This document shows, in pieces, positions 11,492 through 25,365 of a stretch of 64,000 nt of DNA. Numbering within the stretch: the first letter of the stretch is position 1; every line of letters begins with the position of its first letter. A program made the position numbers and the translations under genes. The notes beneath the pieces were generated by a model. That model saw nothing but the letters and a program-made list of their open reading frames with translations. It did no database searches and was not told the origin of the DNA. Origin of the DNA: Bispira polyomma (lineage: Eukaryota); contig OZ287750.1 in the NCBI GenBank assembly GCA_965649765.1, positions 103,602,001-103,666,000 of the forward strand, given 5' to 3'.

Positions 11492-14350
11492 GTGATTTGT
11501 TACTTTCTACTAATTTTGTTACTTTTTACTTATTCTTGTTACTGTTCCTTGGCTTCTGAAATGTGGAAGTTCTGTTTCACACTTCTTCCTTGCATGGTTC
11601 TGGCCGGTCTCAGAATACATAAGTGGAGCGCCTGCTCACCTTCAAGTACACTATTTTACGACCAATTTGCACTTGGTCCATCTGTCCTAGCCTCCCTGGA
11701 TGAGCCTTTCAAATTCACATTACCTGCTTGGATCCCTCTGCTGACCGCTCTCTGCGGGGACATAAGCATATTTTCAGGCCCCCCCCAGTATCCATGCTCA
11801 AGATTGGTGCATTTAATCAACTTAGTCATAGCCCACAACCTGGATATTGCTGCCGTCTCCGAGACATGGCTCAGCAGTAGGGATACAACATTTTTTTGTC
11901 GGATATAACTCCCCCAGGTTATAAATTTTTTCACTTTCCTAGGTTGCACAGACTCAGAGTAGGAGTGGCCATTTTTGTAATTCCCTTGAAATTCTAAAAA
12001 AAACAGTCCTACTCATCTTTTGAACACATTTCATGCAAAATTTCAAATGATTCTCACTCATTCCTGGTTTCCTTTTTTACAGACCACCCATCCCTTCTTT
12101 AACTACTTTTACTCAAGAGTGTTCCGAATTCCTAGAGACCCTTAACCTTCTCCCATTTAAAGCTATCATCCTTGGTGATTTCAACATCAAGGTCGACATA
12201 GAAAATACTATAACAAAACATTTCAACAACCTCCTCTACACTTTTGGGTTCTCACAGTTTATCTCCACTTCAACCCACATCCACATCACATACTTGATCT
12301 GGTAATCACAAGACCAAATTTAAATCTCATCATAGAATCATGGGTATCTGATGGGATTTTGGATCACCTAGCAACCTTTGCCTATTTAAATTTAACAATA
12401 CCTGCCTCACAAAAACCTCGTGTCATAAAATACAGAAACATCAGAAAAATCAATATCAACAATTAGAGACAACACCCTGCTAACAAATCTCATCAAACAT
12501 TCATGCAAAAATGCTGATAGCCTTAGCTTACAATACAATCACTGCCTTTCTACTATTCTTGATAAACATGCAAATTGGGTATTTAAAACCCTTCCCCTAA
12601 CTACCGCCATGAATGAACCAATGCTGCTATTACAGAGGCTAAAAGACGCAAACTTGAGTGTCAATGGCGACGCACAAAATCCTCCTTTGACAAAAGCCAT
12701 TACTGTAACGCCACAAATAATTACAACAGGCTAATATCTGATGCCAAAAGCAACATTACGATTCTATCATCAGTGAAAATCAGGATAATCCCTAAAGGTT
12801 ATGGGTATCTATAAACAAAGTTCTACACGTAACATTGGCAAAAGTTCTCCCCATAAACCACTGCCTTACTTTTTAGCCGAAAAATTTGAAAAAAATTTCA
12901 TGGCTTTTCAACGATATATCACTTGAGTCCTCCAACCCCAGGATATAAGGTTTCTAACCTTTTTCATTTTAGTACACGGTCAGAGCAGGAAGTTCTGAAA
13001 CTCATGAAACTATTAAATCTGGTGAATTAGATCCAAACCCAGCAGTTATTCTAAATCAATGTCTTGACATTCTAGTCACACCCACACAAACATTTTAAAT
13101 TTTTCTCTTGGGGACGGTGTTTTTCCCACCTATCCTAAGAGGGTAAATGTAACTCCCTTGATTAAAAAACAAGAACTTGATAAAAACCAGCTCAAAAACT
13201 ACAGACCGGTGTCAAACCTCAGCTTCGTCTCAAAAGTCATCGAGAAAGCTGTAGCTCAACAAATTTCTGACCACCTCAAGAAACAAAACATTGAAAATCG
13301 CCACCAGTCTGCTTACAGAAAATTCCACTCTACAGAAAGTGCTCTTTTTTCCATCAGCAATGATATCAATCTTGCACTGGACCGCAACGGCACATTGGCC
13401 CGCACCCTTCTGGATTCGACACCATTGATCATGTCCTGCTCTGCAACACTCTCAAGCAGTGGTTTGGTATAAATGGCAGTGTCCTAAAATGGATCAAATC
13501 CTACCTTACTCTTATGGCACAAAGTATTAAATTAGATGATCACCTATCATCTCCCATAAAGCTACCATATGGAGTACCCCAGGAAGCCGTCCTTGGCCCT
13601 CTACTTTTCACCCTTTATACACATCCTCTCAGCGCTGTCATCAATAAACATAATATAAAACACCACATGTATGCAGATGACACTCAAGTTTATCTCTCTC
13701 TCAATCCACAAAATGCAAATACAAACATAGACCTACTTGCAGACTGTCTGTCTGATGTCCAGGCGTGGATGAATTACTCCAAACTAAAACTTAACCCCGA
13801 CAGAACAGAATTAATCCTCATAGGAAACAAGAAAAATAGTGAACTCCTAAAATCTTTGTTTCCCATCTCCCTGCTGGGAAAAGACATACCACCTTTGGAA
13901 AATGCCAAAAAACTGGGTGTCACTTTTAATTCAGCTTTTTCGTTCGACACTCATATTGACAACATCTGTCGCTCCTGTTATTACCATATACACGACATCA
14001 GAAGAATCACCTGTCCATTGACACAGCGATAACTGTGGCAAATGCCCTTGTGAGTAGCCGCCTCGACAACTGCAACTCTCTCTTGCATGGAACAAACAAG
14101 TCACACATTAAATAGCTCCAGTCCATCCACAATCTCAGATCAGTTGACACACTTATCGGTTTTAGGAAAAAGCTTAAAACTTATCTTTTTAACCTTGCCC
14201 ACCCACCTTAGCCTTCCTCGTGCATGCTCTCACTTCCTTCCTTACGACTTTGCAATGTCCATGGACTTTATGATTAGATCAATGATTCTGCTGTTGCGCT
14301 TTAGAAGATGCTTAGCATCAATAAAGCCTGTTAAAAATTCATAATGATAA
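11492..14350 (+). mobile_element. L2/CR1-group LINE (APE-RT), degenerate, with internal deletions
   Basis: LDIAAVSETWL, ILGDFNI, YRPVSNLSFVSKVIEK, QSAYRKFHSTE, GVPQEAVLGP, HMYADDTQVY, KLNPDRTE; L2-type tail at 14290-14350. 5' boundary uncertain. Confidence 0.9.
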
Positions 14351-14490
14351 CAGTAAAATAATCACATGCTCTAATACAATATCTCTATTCCATAGTCTCA
14401 GTTGAATGAAGGTGATTCCATTTAAATAGAAGTACTTAATAGTAAGTCATTGTGTGAACAATTGAATCTTCTCAAACAGATCATCACATT

Positions 14491-17407
14491 TTAATGGCAA
14501 TTCATTACAAAAATGGGGTGTTAATCAGCAAATGTCCCAATGTTTTTTAAGAAAATTTACACCATTTCAATCGTGTGTTTTTCAATCATTATAAGTGGGT
14601 ACATTTTTTTCCCAATATATTTATATGCATCAATGATTTATTTGCCTTGCCAAGCCAGGGGAATTGTTCGTGAGTGATAAAAATTAGGCGTAGTTGTATT
14701 GTAATTTTTTTGGTTTTCTTTGAGTACAAATATTTAATTGAACAACTGAAACAAATTCAACAGAAATACTGTAGCGGGCCTATGTATTTTTAAAATCTTG
14801 ATTGAATTGTGATAGCATGCAATATTAGCAGTCAAGGCTCAAACACATAAACCCAGTATTAGTTTCAAAATATTACCTGTTGTATAATTAAGTTTCCAGT
14901 ATATTATGCCTTTATACTGTTATGAAACTTGGTACCAAACTGTATATGTTAATAAATCTTGATCAACTATGAGATATATCTAGCCCAAACAGGCAGTATT
15001 CTAATAAACCCTAACAGGTGCTCCAAGTGCAACCACTATATCAAGGAGCCACAGATTATTACCTGGATTTGAATTTGAATTTTGAATTTGGATATTTAAC
15101 GTCCACTCTTGTACCTTTTAGTAGGTTATATTGGGACGGGTAGTTGGAAATGCTGGAGGAAACACTGCAAACAGTCGGTCAAGGTTCTGCAGAGAAACCA
15201 GCAGCCCACAGTAAGGAACCACCACCTTTCCCACATAGGCATCGACGGGATTCGAACTCTCGCCGCCCAGAGGTGAGAGACCAGTGATTGTGAAGCACAA
15301 TGCTTGCTAACCACTAGGCCACCACAGCCCCGATTATTACCTGGATACAGAAATTAAATACTCACAAGCCTGCTCACCTTGGTGACTAACTACCTAGAAC
15401 TAGTCTCAATTCTGGTTCACCCAATATACAAATAAACTATTTAATAATCAATAACTGGGCAATCAATGACAAAGCACAGGATTATTCAAAGCCAAAAGTC
15501 ATATTAGTTCCAACCAGCAAGGTCAATCAATTGTAACGAAAGGTTAAACTACCATATTATATTTTATATATGTCTTGTGCTATCTAACGTATCACACAAT
15601 GTGTGGCTAGTAATATTTAACTGTTTCGGTGAAACTAAAGTATAATTTATATGGACTATCTTGCTGCTATCTCCACTCAGTCGGCTGCTACTTTGAGTGG
15701 GAATTGAAGATGTGCCCCAGCTTAAGATCACCTGCATCAACTAAGCCAAGCAGAGAAAGAGAAAGATTTCTAACTACTGTTAATTTATTAAGATATAATA
15801 GAACACAGTTTTGGGATAGGGGTTATAGAAATAGTTATAAAGGTGTTAGACACATATACAAATTCACAATTATATGGTATACAAATCTAACTTTTAGTAC
15901 AAGTTATTTATCAGTGAATGTTGCAACTATATTCACTTCAAAATCATTCACATGCTAGTATTAGAATTATCACAAACTAAAACCATTTGTCACAAGTTAA
16001 TATCTAAATTAATTGACTTTTAGAAGTATATACCGGCTAGCATAAAATAATTCAGAGTTCAAATTATTCTGAACTACAAAATTACCAATTTAGCAACTTA
16101 TAAATATTACCAGTACAGCTTCAAAATTGTGGAATCAGATAGATGGTTAAGAATTCAGACAAAATGTATAAAATCTAAACAAGCTCAATTCCAGGCCAGG
16201 TCAAGGACAAATAAATGTTAGTTCCACATAAACCAATTATCTCCAGTTTCTCTGGCTGAATATTCAGGGCTAGTTTATATACATAGTTTGCATTTCTTTA
16301 TTAAAATCTTTGTAATTTCTTTTAAAGTAGTAATATCCCCTCATTTTAGTCAAGCTCTGGAACTATTTACTGAATTAAGTGAAAACCTTGTAATAAAATA
16401 TGGGTCTGGTACCAGTCTAATACTGTTTAAAATAGGATTTATCAGCTTTGCGGTTGCGGTGATTTTATTAGTGCGGTTGTGGTGATAATGTCAACTCTGC
16501 CGCATATAAATCTGGCAAAGTATTAATGCAGTCATTGATTTTTGGGCTTTCCAAGAACTACCTTTTAGGCTGCGTATCACATGTGCAGCCTTTTTATATG
16601 AAAGCCAATGACTCGTGCATGCGATTACTTATATAGACTTCTGGTGGAATTTTGTGTATTCCTACGCCAGTTGCTAAAGTTAATCGCATATAGTTCGTAC
16701 AGTTAAACGTTAATTCTACTTACAAATATGGATATTTTCACATAAAAGTAGAAATAGATAGTAATTAAATCATACTAAATACATTTAATAAATAAAAATG
16801 TTTACTAGATAGTGTATCTTAAGTTTTCAACCGTAGTAAACTCACACAAAAATGGCGGACATTTTGACTGTTGAGAACTGTGTTGAAACTATGAAACATG
16901 ACAATAATCACAAATGTGGATATGTACTGTGGTTATATTAGTAAGGAATACGAGTATGTGGCTTATTTTATGCTATTTTGTACTTGATAAGCTTGAATCT
17001 TCATTAGAAAGCACCACAAAGTGTCTCAGGTGAGCTTTTTCACGCTGGTTTTACCGTCGTTTCAATTGTCAATTCGTACTAGTCATTCAATTACGGCAAA
17101 GGTACAAAACTAATCAGACATTTTTACCACTCTTCTGCAGAACACAGTAAAATGTATTGTAAATTTAAGCAAGTTTTTTCATTCTCCAATAAATAGCAAC
17201 CAGATTGATGGCACAGCATCCCCTGAGATGCTTGTTCTGGCAGAATGAAGACTTCTATACCATAGCAGTGGTTGTTGTTAGCCTACGCTAATAGCCTTGC
17301 CATGTCTGGACCAACAATATTTCCATCCAGCTAGCATGATAGTGTTTAGCTGGACTTGAACCTGGGACCATGATTAACACCCCATTTTTGTAATGAATTG
17401 TCATTAA
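14491..17407. mobile_element. Non-autonomous DNA transposon with ~37-bp terminal inverted repeats
   Basis: ttaatggcaattcattacaaaaatggggtgttaatca (14491-14527) is the reverse complement of 17371-17407 with one mismatch. Confidence 0.75.
15069..15331 (-). mobile_element. Full-length tRNA-derived SINE
   Basis: Minus strand begins GGGGCTGTGGTGGCCTAGTGG (A box), has GTTCGAATCCC (B box) and an (AAATTC)n tail; 15-bp TSD gattattacctggat at 15054-15068 and 15332-15346. Confidence 0.93.
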
Positions 17408-17524
17408 TATGTTTGGAAAAATACAGTTGTTCAACCACTGGGCCACAGGGCATCACTATGATGTGCTATTGTCACTTACGTTTATAGAAATGCTTAACCA
17501 TAACTTATAATACACAAACGTTGT

Positions 17525-17660
17525 ATTCTATTGTTGTATTGTAATATGGAATTTTAACACGCCTTATTGCTGCAATGCATCTTAAGCGCAACAACAGAAT
17601 CGGTTAACCAAGAGAAAAGTCTAAAAAATAGCAAACTTGATCTGTTATATGGAACAATAG
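17525..17660 (-). mobile_element. L2 3' tail fragment
   Basis: Reverse complement resembles the tail at 14280-14350 (gattctgttgttgcgcttaagatgc...aataaggcgtgttaaaattc). Confidence 0.6.
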
Positions 17661-17789
17661 ATTGAATAATAGATTGTAAGAAAGACATTAGGAATTCCCC
17701 TCTCCCTCTCATACACACTTTCTAGGTATGCACTAAGCTACATCTAGACAAGAACGGAGCCAATAGAAGGGACATTTTGAATGTAAAGG

Positions 17790-18106
17790 CAGATTAAGTG
17801 GAAGGTTTAAGTATAGGTCAGATTAAGTTGAGAGTTTAAGTATAGGTCAGATTAAGTTGAGGGTTTAATTATGGGTCAGGTTCAATTGCAGGTTTAAGTA
17901 TATGCCAGATTAAGTTGAAGGTTTAAGTATAGGACAATTTCAGTTGAGGGTTTAAGTATAGGTCGGATTAAGTTGATGGTTTAAGTATATGTCAGTTTAA
18001 GTTGCAGGTTTAAGTATAGGTCAGATTGAGGGTTTAAGTATAGGTCAGATTAAGTTGAAGGTTTAAGTATAGGTTGGATTAAGTTGAGGGTTTAAGTATA
18101 GGTCAG
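17790..18106. repeat. 29-bp minisatellite, ~11 copies
   Basis: Unit agattaagttgagggtttaagtataggtc. Confidence 0.9.
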
Positions 18107-18274
18107 GACACCTGGTAATGTTCTCTCTTTGTCGAGTTACTGTATCTTATTTTGAACCAGCAAAGTATTCAAAAGTCAATGTTTAGGGTGACAATTATAG
18201 ATACAAATTATCACTACACACCCTCCCAGTACACATGTACTATTACAGTCGTGAATTACTGCACACCGGGCATA

Positions 18275-18660
18275 TTTACTACAAACAGTACTCTAGTACT
18301 ACAAACAGTACTCAAGTAATACAAACTGTATGTGTCCAAAAAACAGTGCTCAAGTACTACAAACAGTGTATATGTATTATACACAGTACAGAGATACTAC
18401 AAACAGTGTATGTGCACTTTTCACAGTGCTCAAGTACTACAAACAGTGTATGTGTACTATACACAGTATTTAAGTACTACAAACAGTGTATGTGTACTAT
18501 ACACAGTACATAAGTACTACAAACAATGTATGTGTACTATACACAGTACTCAAGTACTAGACACGTTATGAGTACTACAAACAGTAATCAAGTACAACAA
18601 AGATTATATTTGTACTATAAACAATACTGTAACAGTATATGTCTACTGAAAACAGTACAT
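18275..18660. repeat. 40-bp minisatellite
   Basis: Unit caagtactacaaacagtgtatgtgtactatacacagtact. Confidence 0.9.
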
Positions 18661-19699
18661 GTGTACAATTAGTGCCTAAGTACAACACTCCTGCTCACAA
18701 ATATATATGCCACTCTGGCCTTACAAAGGTTGGAAATCTACCAAAATCACTATGTATATAGATATAATATGCAGGTTAAACATCAAGGAAGCTTTTCACA
18801 AAAGGGTGAAGTCAAAGTCTGGGCTTAGACCTTTTGTGAATACCGCCCCAGGAATACAGGGATCATTGAAGTTTGTTAAATGGGTTGAAGGGAAAAACAC
18901 TCGCTTTGGACCTGGGTTTGATCCCAACCTGCGGTGAGCGCATACAAGCAGATACATAGTGGCTAGGACCACTTAAATGGTGGTCCTTTGTCAAAAGGGT
19001 CCTATCCCCAGTAGGAGGTTAAAGAACTTTGGTTCGGTATTAAATTGTCTTCCTCAAATGTACATCTCCAGTTGGGTGATTAGCAATTACTATTGATGAT
19101 TGGCTGTATTGCTGATAGATGTTAATTGGCACTTTGAGTACAGAAAAAGGTAGATAAATGTGTGAACTATAAATTGGATATACAATGGAGCAATTTGACT
19201 ATTTCCGGCATCCTAGTGTTAGAGTATTTAAGGTAGAAAAGAAAAGAATGGATAAGGTTGTACTAAAATTCATAAAATTAGTAAACAATTATAACTTTGG
19301 TGAATATTAAGATATTGAATGGAAATGACTACTAAATAATTTCAAATGCATTCTGAAAGCTAATTCACCAAGATGAATATTCAGAAGCTATTTGTTTAAA
19401 GGTCTTCCTGTATTGTTCGGCCATCTTGGCTTTGGCAGGAAATCATCTCGTTCTATATTTTCCAAAATAGTACTCGGGTACTCATATAGTAAAATGTAAT
19501 GATCCAGTATTCAAGTACTTAAAGCTGCTAAATACTGTGAAAATCTACAAACATGTCAAAAAGTGGTGTATTCCTACAAATAATACATGTATATTACTTT
19601 CCCAACAGTATATTTTTCCTACCCCTCCCTCTTTGCACATACACAGACAAACAGACAAATACACACAGATACACACACACACACAGCCCCCTTCCTGTA

Positions 19700-20325
19700 A
19701 TCATTTGTCCAATCAGGACCAGTTAGCTGTATTGTCTTTACAAGGAAGAGACCAATCTGCACTGAGTGGTCGGAGGAAGACAACAATCCCCCCTTTCTTT
19801 CCCCCTCTCGGACCGTGGGTGGGGGGGGGGGGGGGGCATCTGTTGCCTGTGTGATAACTCAATTCTACACTTTTTACCCGATGAGTCTATTTAATCCCCT
19901 CTTGCTTTCCCTGTATAAGTTTAACATCGTGGCTTTTCACTTACTTTAAAACACCCACTCGAATAGGAACCCCTGTGGGTCCATAAGGGTGTACTGCGGT
20001 GTTAGAACAGACCCAGACTTGTGCCCTTTTTGGTTAGGAGCCCTCCATCCCAAACACTCTTTTCTCCGTGCATTGTATCAAACAAACACACAGAATTACA
20101 CAAACAGCACCAACTTACTTGAAACCGGATCCTGAATTGTGTGGAGTCCATTGGTAAATAGGCAGATCACGCTCACACAAGCACCACTACTACCCCTCAC
20201 TCACACACCAAATGTCGGCTGCTGCTCCTGTTGTTTCCCGCGCTTTTCCCAGGGTGCCTTGTGGAGCTCTCAGTGGTGTCCGGTTAGGGAGGAATTCTTC
20301 TGCCGCTCTGGAGTTGATATTTAGG
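19700..20325 (+). promoter_or_regulatory. Putative promoter and 5' UTR of the secreted-protein gene
   Basis: Locally GC/CpG-richer unique sequence; CCAAT boxes near 19709 and 19751 and ATTGG near 20150; lies directly upstream of a signal-peptide exon. Confidence 0.45.
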
Positions 20326-20398
20326 ATGGTAATATTTTGGAGAAGTGCTGTGATTGTGGCCGTTTGTTTGTCTCTTTGTCAGACCGGAGCTTTTGTAG
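20326..20398 (+). CDS. First coding exon (signal peptide) of a predicted secreted Cys-rich precursor
   Basis: ATG, MVIFWRSAVIVAVCLSLCQTGAFV, then consensus donor TAG|GTAAGT in phase 1. Confidence 0.72.
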
Positions 20399-20972
20399 GT
20401 AAGTGCTTGTGAAATGGAATCCTAATAGGAAGTGTACATCGAAAACAGCTGGTTAAATCAACCATCTGAAAAGTGTACATGTTATAGATATGTGTCAAAG
20501 GTTCAATTGACAATGAATTCATTTCTAGAATTTAGTTTTAGAAGTGGTGAAAAACACTCAGAATGATCATTCTATTAGCATTTATAGATTACCAACTTAG
20601 TTTTGTACAGTATTATAACAGTATTAAAAAGAAATTCCCACACTTGTTACACGCTGGTATTTTCCGAAGTGTTTGTATACTTCATCACTTAACTAACACC
20701 ATCTGATCATCTTGTGATCAATTGGATTACATCTTAAGTTCACCTGTCCAAGCATTGAATTGGTAATATGTCAATACTAGCCATCTAAGATCATATTTGG
20801 TTGTAGACTGATACAGAATGTAGTTACACTCACAATACATCTATGCACCCTACGATCTAAGTTACAAAGTCCATATCAAGTAGTTGTATTTTTAGTAACT
20901 ACTCAGAATGAGAGCTATACTTTGACAGGGTTTTCTTGTCTCCATTTTGAAGGCATTGTGTGATTTCTGTGT

Positions 20973-21006
<34 letters not shown>

Positions 21007-22509
21007 TAGTGTGTAATTGTTTACAGATATGAAGTTTAAAATTGTACTCGTTTCAGAAGAATCGTTATATAGGCAATTGAATTCATAATTGTCCTATTTA
21101 ACGACATGAGAAGGTCTGTACAAAGTAAATACTCATTAAAACTTAAATTATGTGTAGGAGAATAGCCGAGAATCAGGTGTTTCTTTAAATTATGGTCCGA
21201 GTCGAAGACTTACACTGCTGAAACCTAAGGTGACAGTAACAAACTGTATTTTTAAGTATTGTTTAAAGTCCTTTCGAATTTCTATATACACATAAACCCA
21301 TTATAGATATAAATAAAGGTAAGGCGATATAATTTTATATCATAATTTTGATAAATAAAGATAATTTATATTTCAAAGTTACTGAATATAATGTACCAAT
21401 GTAAAGTTGAACTGACTAATTTATTAAACAAGGTCATTCAATAATGTGGCCCAGAAAGCAGACAGGAATTCTTTAAAAAGAAACATCTGTTTTAAACAAC
21501 AGGTGTACTAAAAATTCGTTGGGTGTTGATGTTAAAAATGTCTTTAGAAAGTTTATTCAATTGTGATTACAAAGCTTTTTTCCACTAAACTTGGTTGAGA
21601 AATGGGTAAGATATATACAGTTCAGTACGGGTATCCATGTTTACTTCTTGGTGTGTAAGCTGTGGCGTAGATACAAAACTGGCGTCATTATGACATATTT
21701 TTTACAATATAAGGAGAAAGTTGAATAGGGTACCATCTATAAACCTAAATATCTCAGCCGTTTCTCAACGTAGTTTGGTGGGGAAAAAAGCTCAGTAATC
21801 ACAATAAAATAAACCTTCTCATGCCATTGTTAATGTCAACATTCGACGAATATTCAGTATGTATGGGATGAAAAGTATACATATAACAGTGTTTTTGTAG
21901 CCATTTTTGTTTCAAAATCGGACAGTCCTCCCGATGTTTTCGTTCCCTGATTAATAAAATATAATGGTGTAACAGACGTCTGATCGTATCTGATGCAAAT
22001 CTGCTGAAAGGAAGCACTTGGTAGTATTGTGCAATGGTGGAAAAAATCAGCCAACGTTGGCAGATAAAAACATGCTGAAAGGAAGCGTAGGCTTAGTGTT
22101 TGAAATGTTAATGTGTTTTCTTTGAATGGAAAATCGATTTTGTATACGGTAATTACATTTTATTTAAAATAGTTTTATTTTAACTTGAAGACACTTCACC
22201 TTCGTGGCAACAAACTTCAAAGCTTTTCATGCTGTTACTATCAAACCTTTTTTGACTGACTTTGAATTATTATATCTAATTCTAAGCGAGATAAATGGTG
22301 TCATTTTAAGCAAACTTGTGGAATTCACGTGGTATAATGTGCAACAAAGCTTTAAAGGGAAAGTAATATTATTCAGAAATGAAGAAACCAGGGACCGTAT
22401 TCGCAAAAGATCTTATTAGTCTTGACATATACACTCCAGTGCCAAGCTTCAAACCCAATATTAACACTGTGGGAGGCAGGCAAATGTCTTTACCATTAAA
22501 CTACCAAGG

Positions 22510-22682
22510 CTCCACCCGTAAGACCTATCTCTTCACTCTTGGTTACCTTCCATAGACATCTTTCTCCTTCACGTCACCATTGAAAACAGACTATGATTTT
22601 AACAACTTTGTCAATTATATTTGCACTTTAGAAGATGCCTGGCATCAATTAGGTGCGTTAAAAATCAATCATATCATAACAA
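22510..22682 (+). mobile_element. L2 3' tail fragment
   Basis: gcactttagaagatgcctggcatcaattaggtgcgttaaaaatc resembles the tail at 14295-14345. Confidence 0.55.
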
Positions 22683-22934
22683 TGCGACAGGTGCAATTGT
22701 AAAGAGCCTGGAACTGTAAAGACTGTCCCAACTGGCACTACAAGAATGAGTTGCAGTAGAACAGGAGACTACTTAGAAGTGCATTGACCACAATGCCTGC
22801 ATGATCCACAGTAAGTCTGTTTAAGATTCTCAACAACGCCGTTTTAAGGTTATTGCAGTCCAATCTAGAAAAACATGCAGTTTGATGTTTTCCTTTGCCA
22901 GGATCAACAGTTCTATACAGGACTACGCACCAAT

Positions 22935-23136
22935 TAATAGATTCTGCCAAGGTGCCAAAGTGCAACAAGGTGAACAAAAATCATGGATCTGCCATTCTTT
23001 ACAGAACTACTAACAAGTTTAGTAGATTCCACCCACCAAATTTGATGTAAATTGGTTGGTTAGTTTGTTCTGTAATCATGATGGCTTACAAACAAATAAA
23101 CCGCAGGTAAATCCTAACTACCTTGGCAGCGGTAAG
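22935..23136 (+). mobile_element. Short non-autonomous Helentron/HINE-like repeat (tentative)
   Basis: Subterminal inverted motif ctgccaagg...ccttggcag with an (acaa)n stretch; family assignment is from recalled pattern only. Confidence 0.35.
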
Positions 23137-23659
23137 TAGTTAATGGAATTATCAGGCTCTATATTCAAGGAAGCAGAAGTAAAACTACTTATGTGAAAAC
23201 CACATTTCTTGATTGTTTTTTGATCAGTTAAGACTTTATCACGTTTTATTAAATAGGCTCCAATGCAGTTATCAAGAAAAAAATCCATTTTAATTTCCTA
23301 TTTTTCTTGGCACATGAGGTAATTGAATTAACTATAGAAATGCGACAACAATAGATTAGATTGAGGAAACATAATACAAACTGGATGCATAAAAAAGTAC
23401 CAAATTGGCATGTTTTTGTCATTAGGTTAATGTATCATTCACGACTGAGTGCCATCTGAGCTAGTAATACAAGGGAGTTAGGATTGAGTGCGGTATGATA
23501 TACCAAAGACTATTTTATCAAACTTCTACTGGATTGGCTGGAAAACATAGCACTGGTTGATGATAAATAGGCACCAGTAGAAAATAAAGGAAATGTTGGT
23601 TAAGTCACATACATCTACAGAGTGTTCAGGATATTATTTACCAACCGTCATAGTTAATA

Positions 23660-24652
23660 GCAATCTAGTGTTCTATTTACCAGCTACCTATTGTCTCATT
23701 TGCCATCTTCCTATTGTCTTATTTACAATCTACCCATTGTCTTATTTACTATCTACCTGGTGTTCTATTTACCAGCTACCTATTGTCTTATTTACCATTT
23801 TCCTATCATCCTATTTACCATCTACCCATTGTCTCATTTACTATCTACCTAGTGTTCTATTTACCATCGACCTATTGTCTCATTTACTATCTACCTAATC
23901 TTCTATTTACCATCTAACTAGTGTATTATTTACCATTTACCCATTGTCTCATTTACCATCTATCTATTGTCTCATTTACCATCTACCTATTGTCTCATTT
24001 ACCATCTACCTATAGCATATTTACTATCTACCCATTGTCTCATTAACCATCTATCTAGTGTTGTATTTTCACTATATCTAGTGCTCTATTTACCATCTAC
24101 CTAGTGTTATAGTTACCATCCACATAGTGTTTTATTTACCATCTATCTAGTGCTCTATTTACCATCTACCTGGTGTTCTATTTACAATCTACTCAGTGCT
24201 ATATTTACCATCTACCTAGTGCTCTCTTCACTATCCAGATAGTGCTCTATTTACCATCCATATAGTGTTTTATTTACCATCTACCTAGTGCTCTATTTAC
24301 CATCCATATAGTGTTTTATTTACCATCTACCTAGTGCTCTATTTACCATTTACCTAGTGCTCTATTTACCATCTACCTTGTGTTCTATTTACCATCTACC
24401 TAGTGCATTATTTACCATATATCTAATGCTCTATTTACCATCTACCTAATGCTCTATTTACCATCTACCTAGTGCTTTATTTACCTTCTACCTAGTTCTC
24501 TATTTACCATGCACATAGTGCTCTGTTTACCGTTTACCTAGTGTTCTATTTACCATCTACATAGTGTTCTATTTACCATCTACCTAGTGCTCTATTTACC
24601 ATGTACATAGTGCTCTGTTTACCGTCTGCCTATTGTTTCATTTACCATCTAC
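23660..24652. repeat. 23-bp minisatellite, ~40 copies
   Basis: Unit tatttaccatctacctagtgctc. Confidence 0.92.
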
Positions 24653-25177
24653 ATGGATTGAGTACATCAAGTCAGGAAGGCTAATACAAATAGGGGGTAC
24701 TTTCTGAAGGAGACATGAGGATTCGAATATGTAAAGAATTCCTAAAACAGGTTGCATAATTGGTAAAAGTGCTTTTATGAGATTTATGGATGCTTCTATG
24801 AATGTTAAGACTAAACTTAGGTTTTGGACAGCCATGTCAGAGGTTTCTGGCTGACTGGATGACTCTATCTAGCTATTTGTTTGTGACTACTTGAATTGTG
24901 AATATAACTGGGAGCCAGTGGAGTTTCTCTAATAGAGATGGTAAGTGGTTGAAACATGAGGTGCGGGTAACCTCTCAACAAAAGCAGTTGTACACACATG
25001 GCAATCTTTTCCACTCTTAGTCAGATAGAAGAGTAAATAGATAGTGACAGTAGTCTCAATAGCTACTAATAAGAGCATTTGTCAATGTCACAGCCTTAGA
25101 TTTCTCTTGGTTTAACTTGAATTTGTTTGTGAAGGATAAACATGTAATTTGCGACTAATTTAATGGCATTATTGTAG

Positions 25178-25184
25178 CTGGAAG
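25178..25184 (+). CDS. Candidate 7-nt micro-exon (phase 1 to 2)
   Basis: Branch-like gactaat, ttattgtag|ctggaag|gtaata; completes the signal peptide as ...FVAG-R and bridges the phases of the neighbouring exons. Confidence 0.38.
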
Positions 25185-25185
25185 G

Positions 25186-25365
25186 TAATATTACAATACG
25201 AGTCTGTGTCGTCAGAATACAAATTGTGACTGATACCCACATACGATAATACTACAATGCAAAGCTATGTGATCAGCATACAAATTGTGGGTGATACCCA
25301 CATACCATAATACTACAGTACAAATCTGTGTCGTCAGCATACAAATGGTGGCTGATACCCTCATT
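25186..25365. repeat. ~62-bp unit, 3 copies, starting at a candidate donor
   Basis: taatactaca...tctgtgtcgtcagcatacaaattgtg.ctgatacccacatac repeated. Confidence 0.75.

Noticed and set aside
15240-15331. tRNA gene
   Set aside because: The A and B boxes are the head of a SINE with body, tail, TSD and a second copy.
18900-19030. SINE remnant with B-box-like gggtttgatccc and a ggaccac...gtggtcc hairpin
   Set aside because: No A box, tail, TSD or second copy in the window.
20113-20152. Minus-strand first exon MDSTQFRIRFQ|gtaagt (bidirectional promoter)
   Set aside because: Too short, and no downstream minus-strand exons could be supported.
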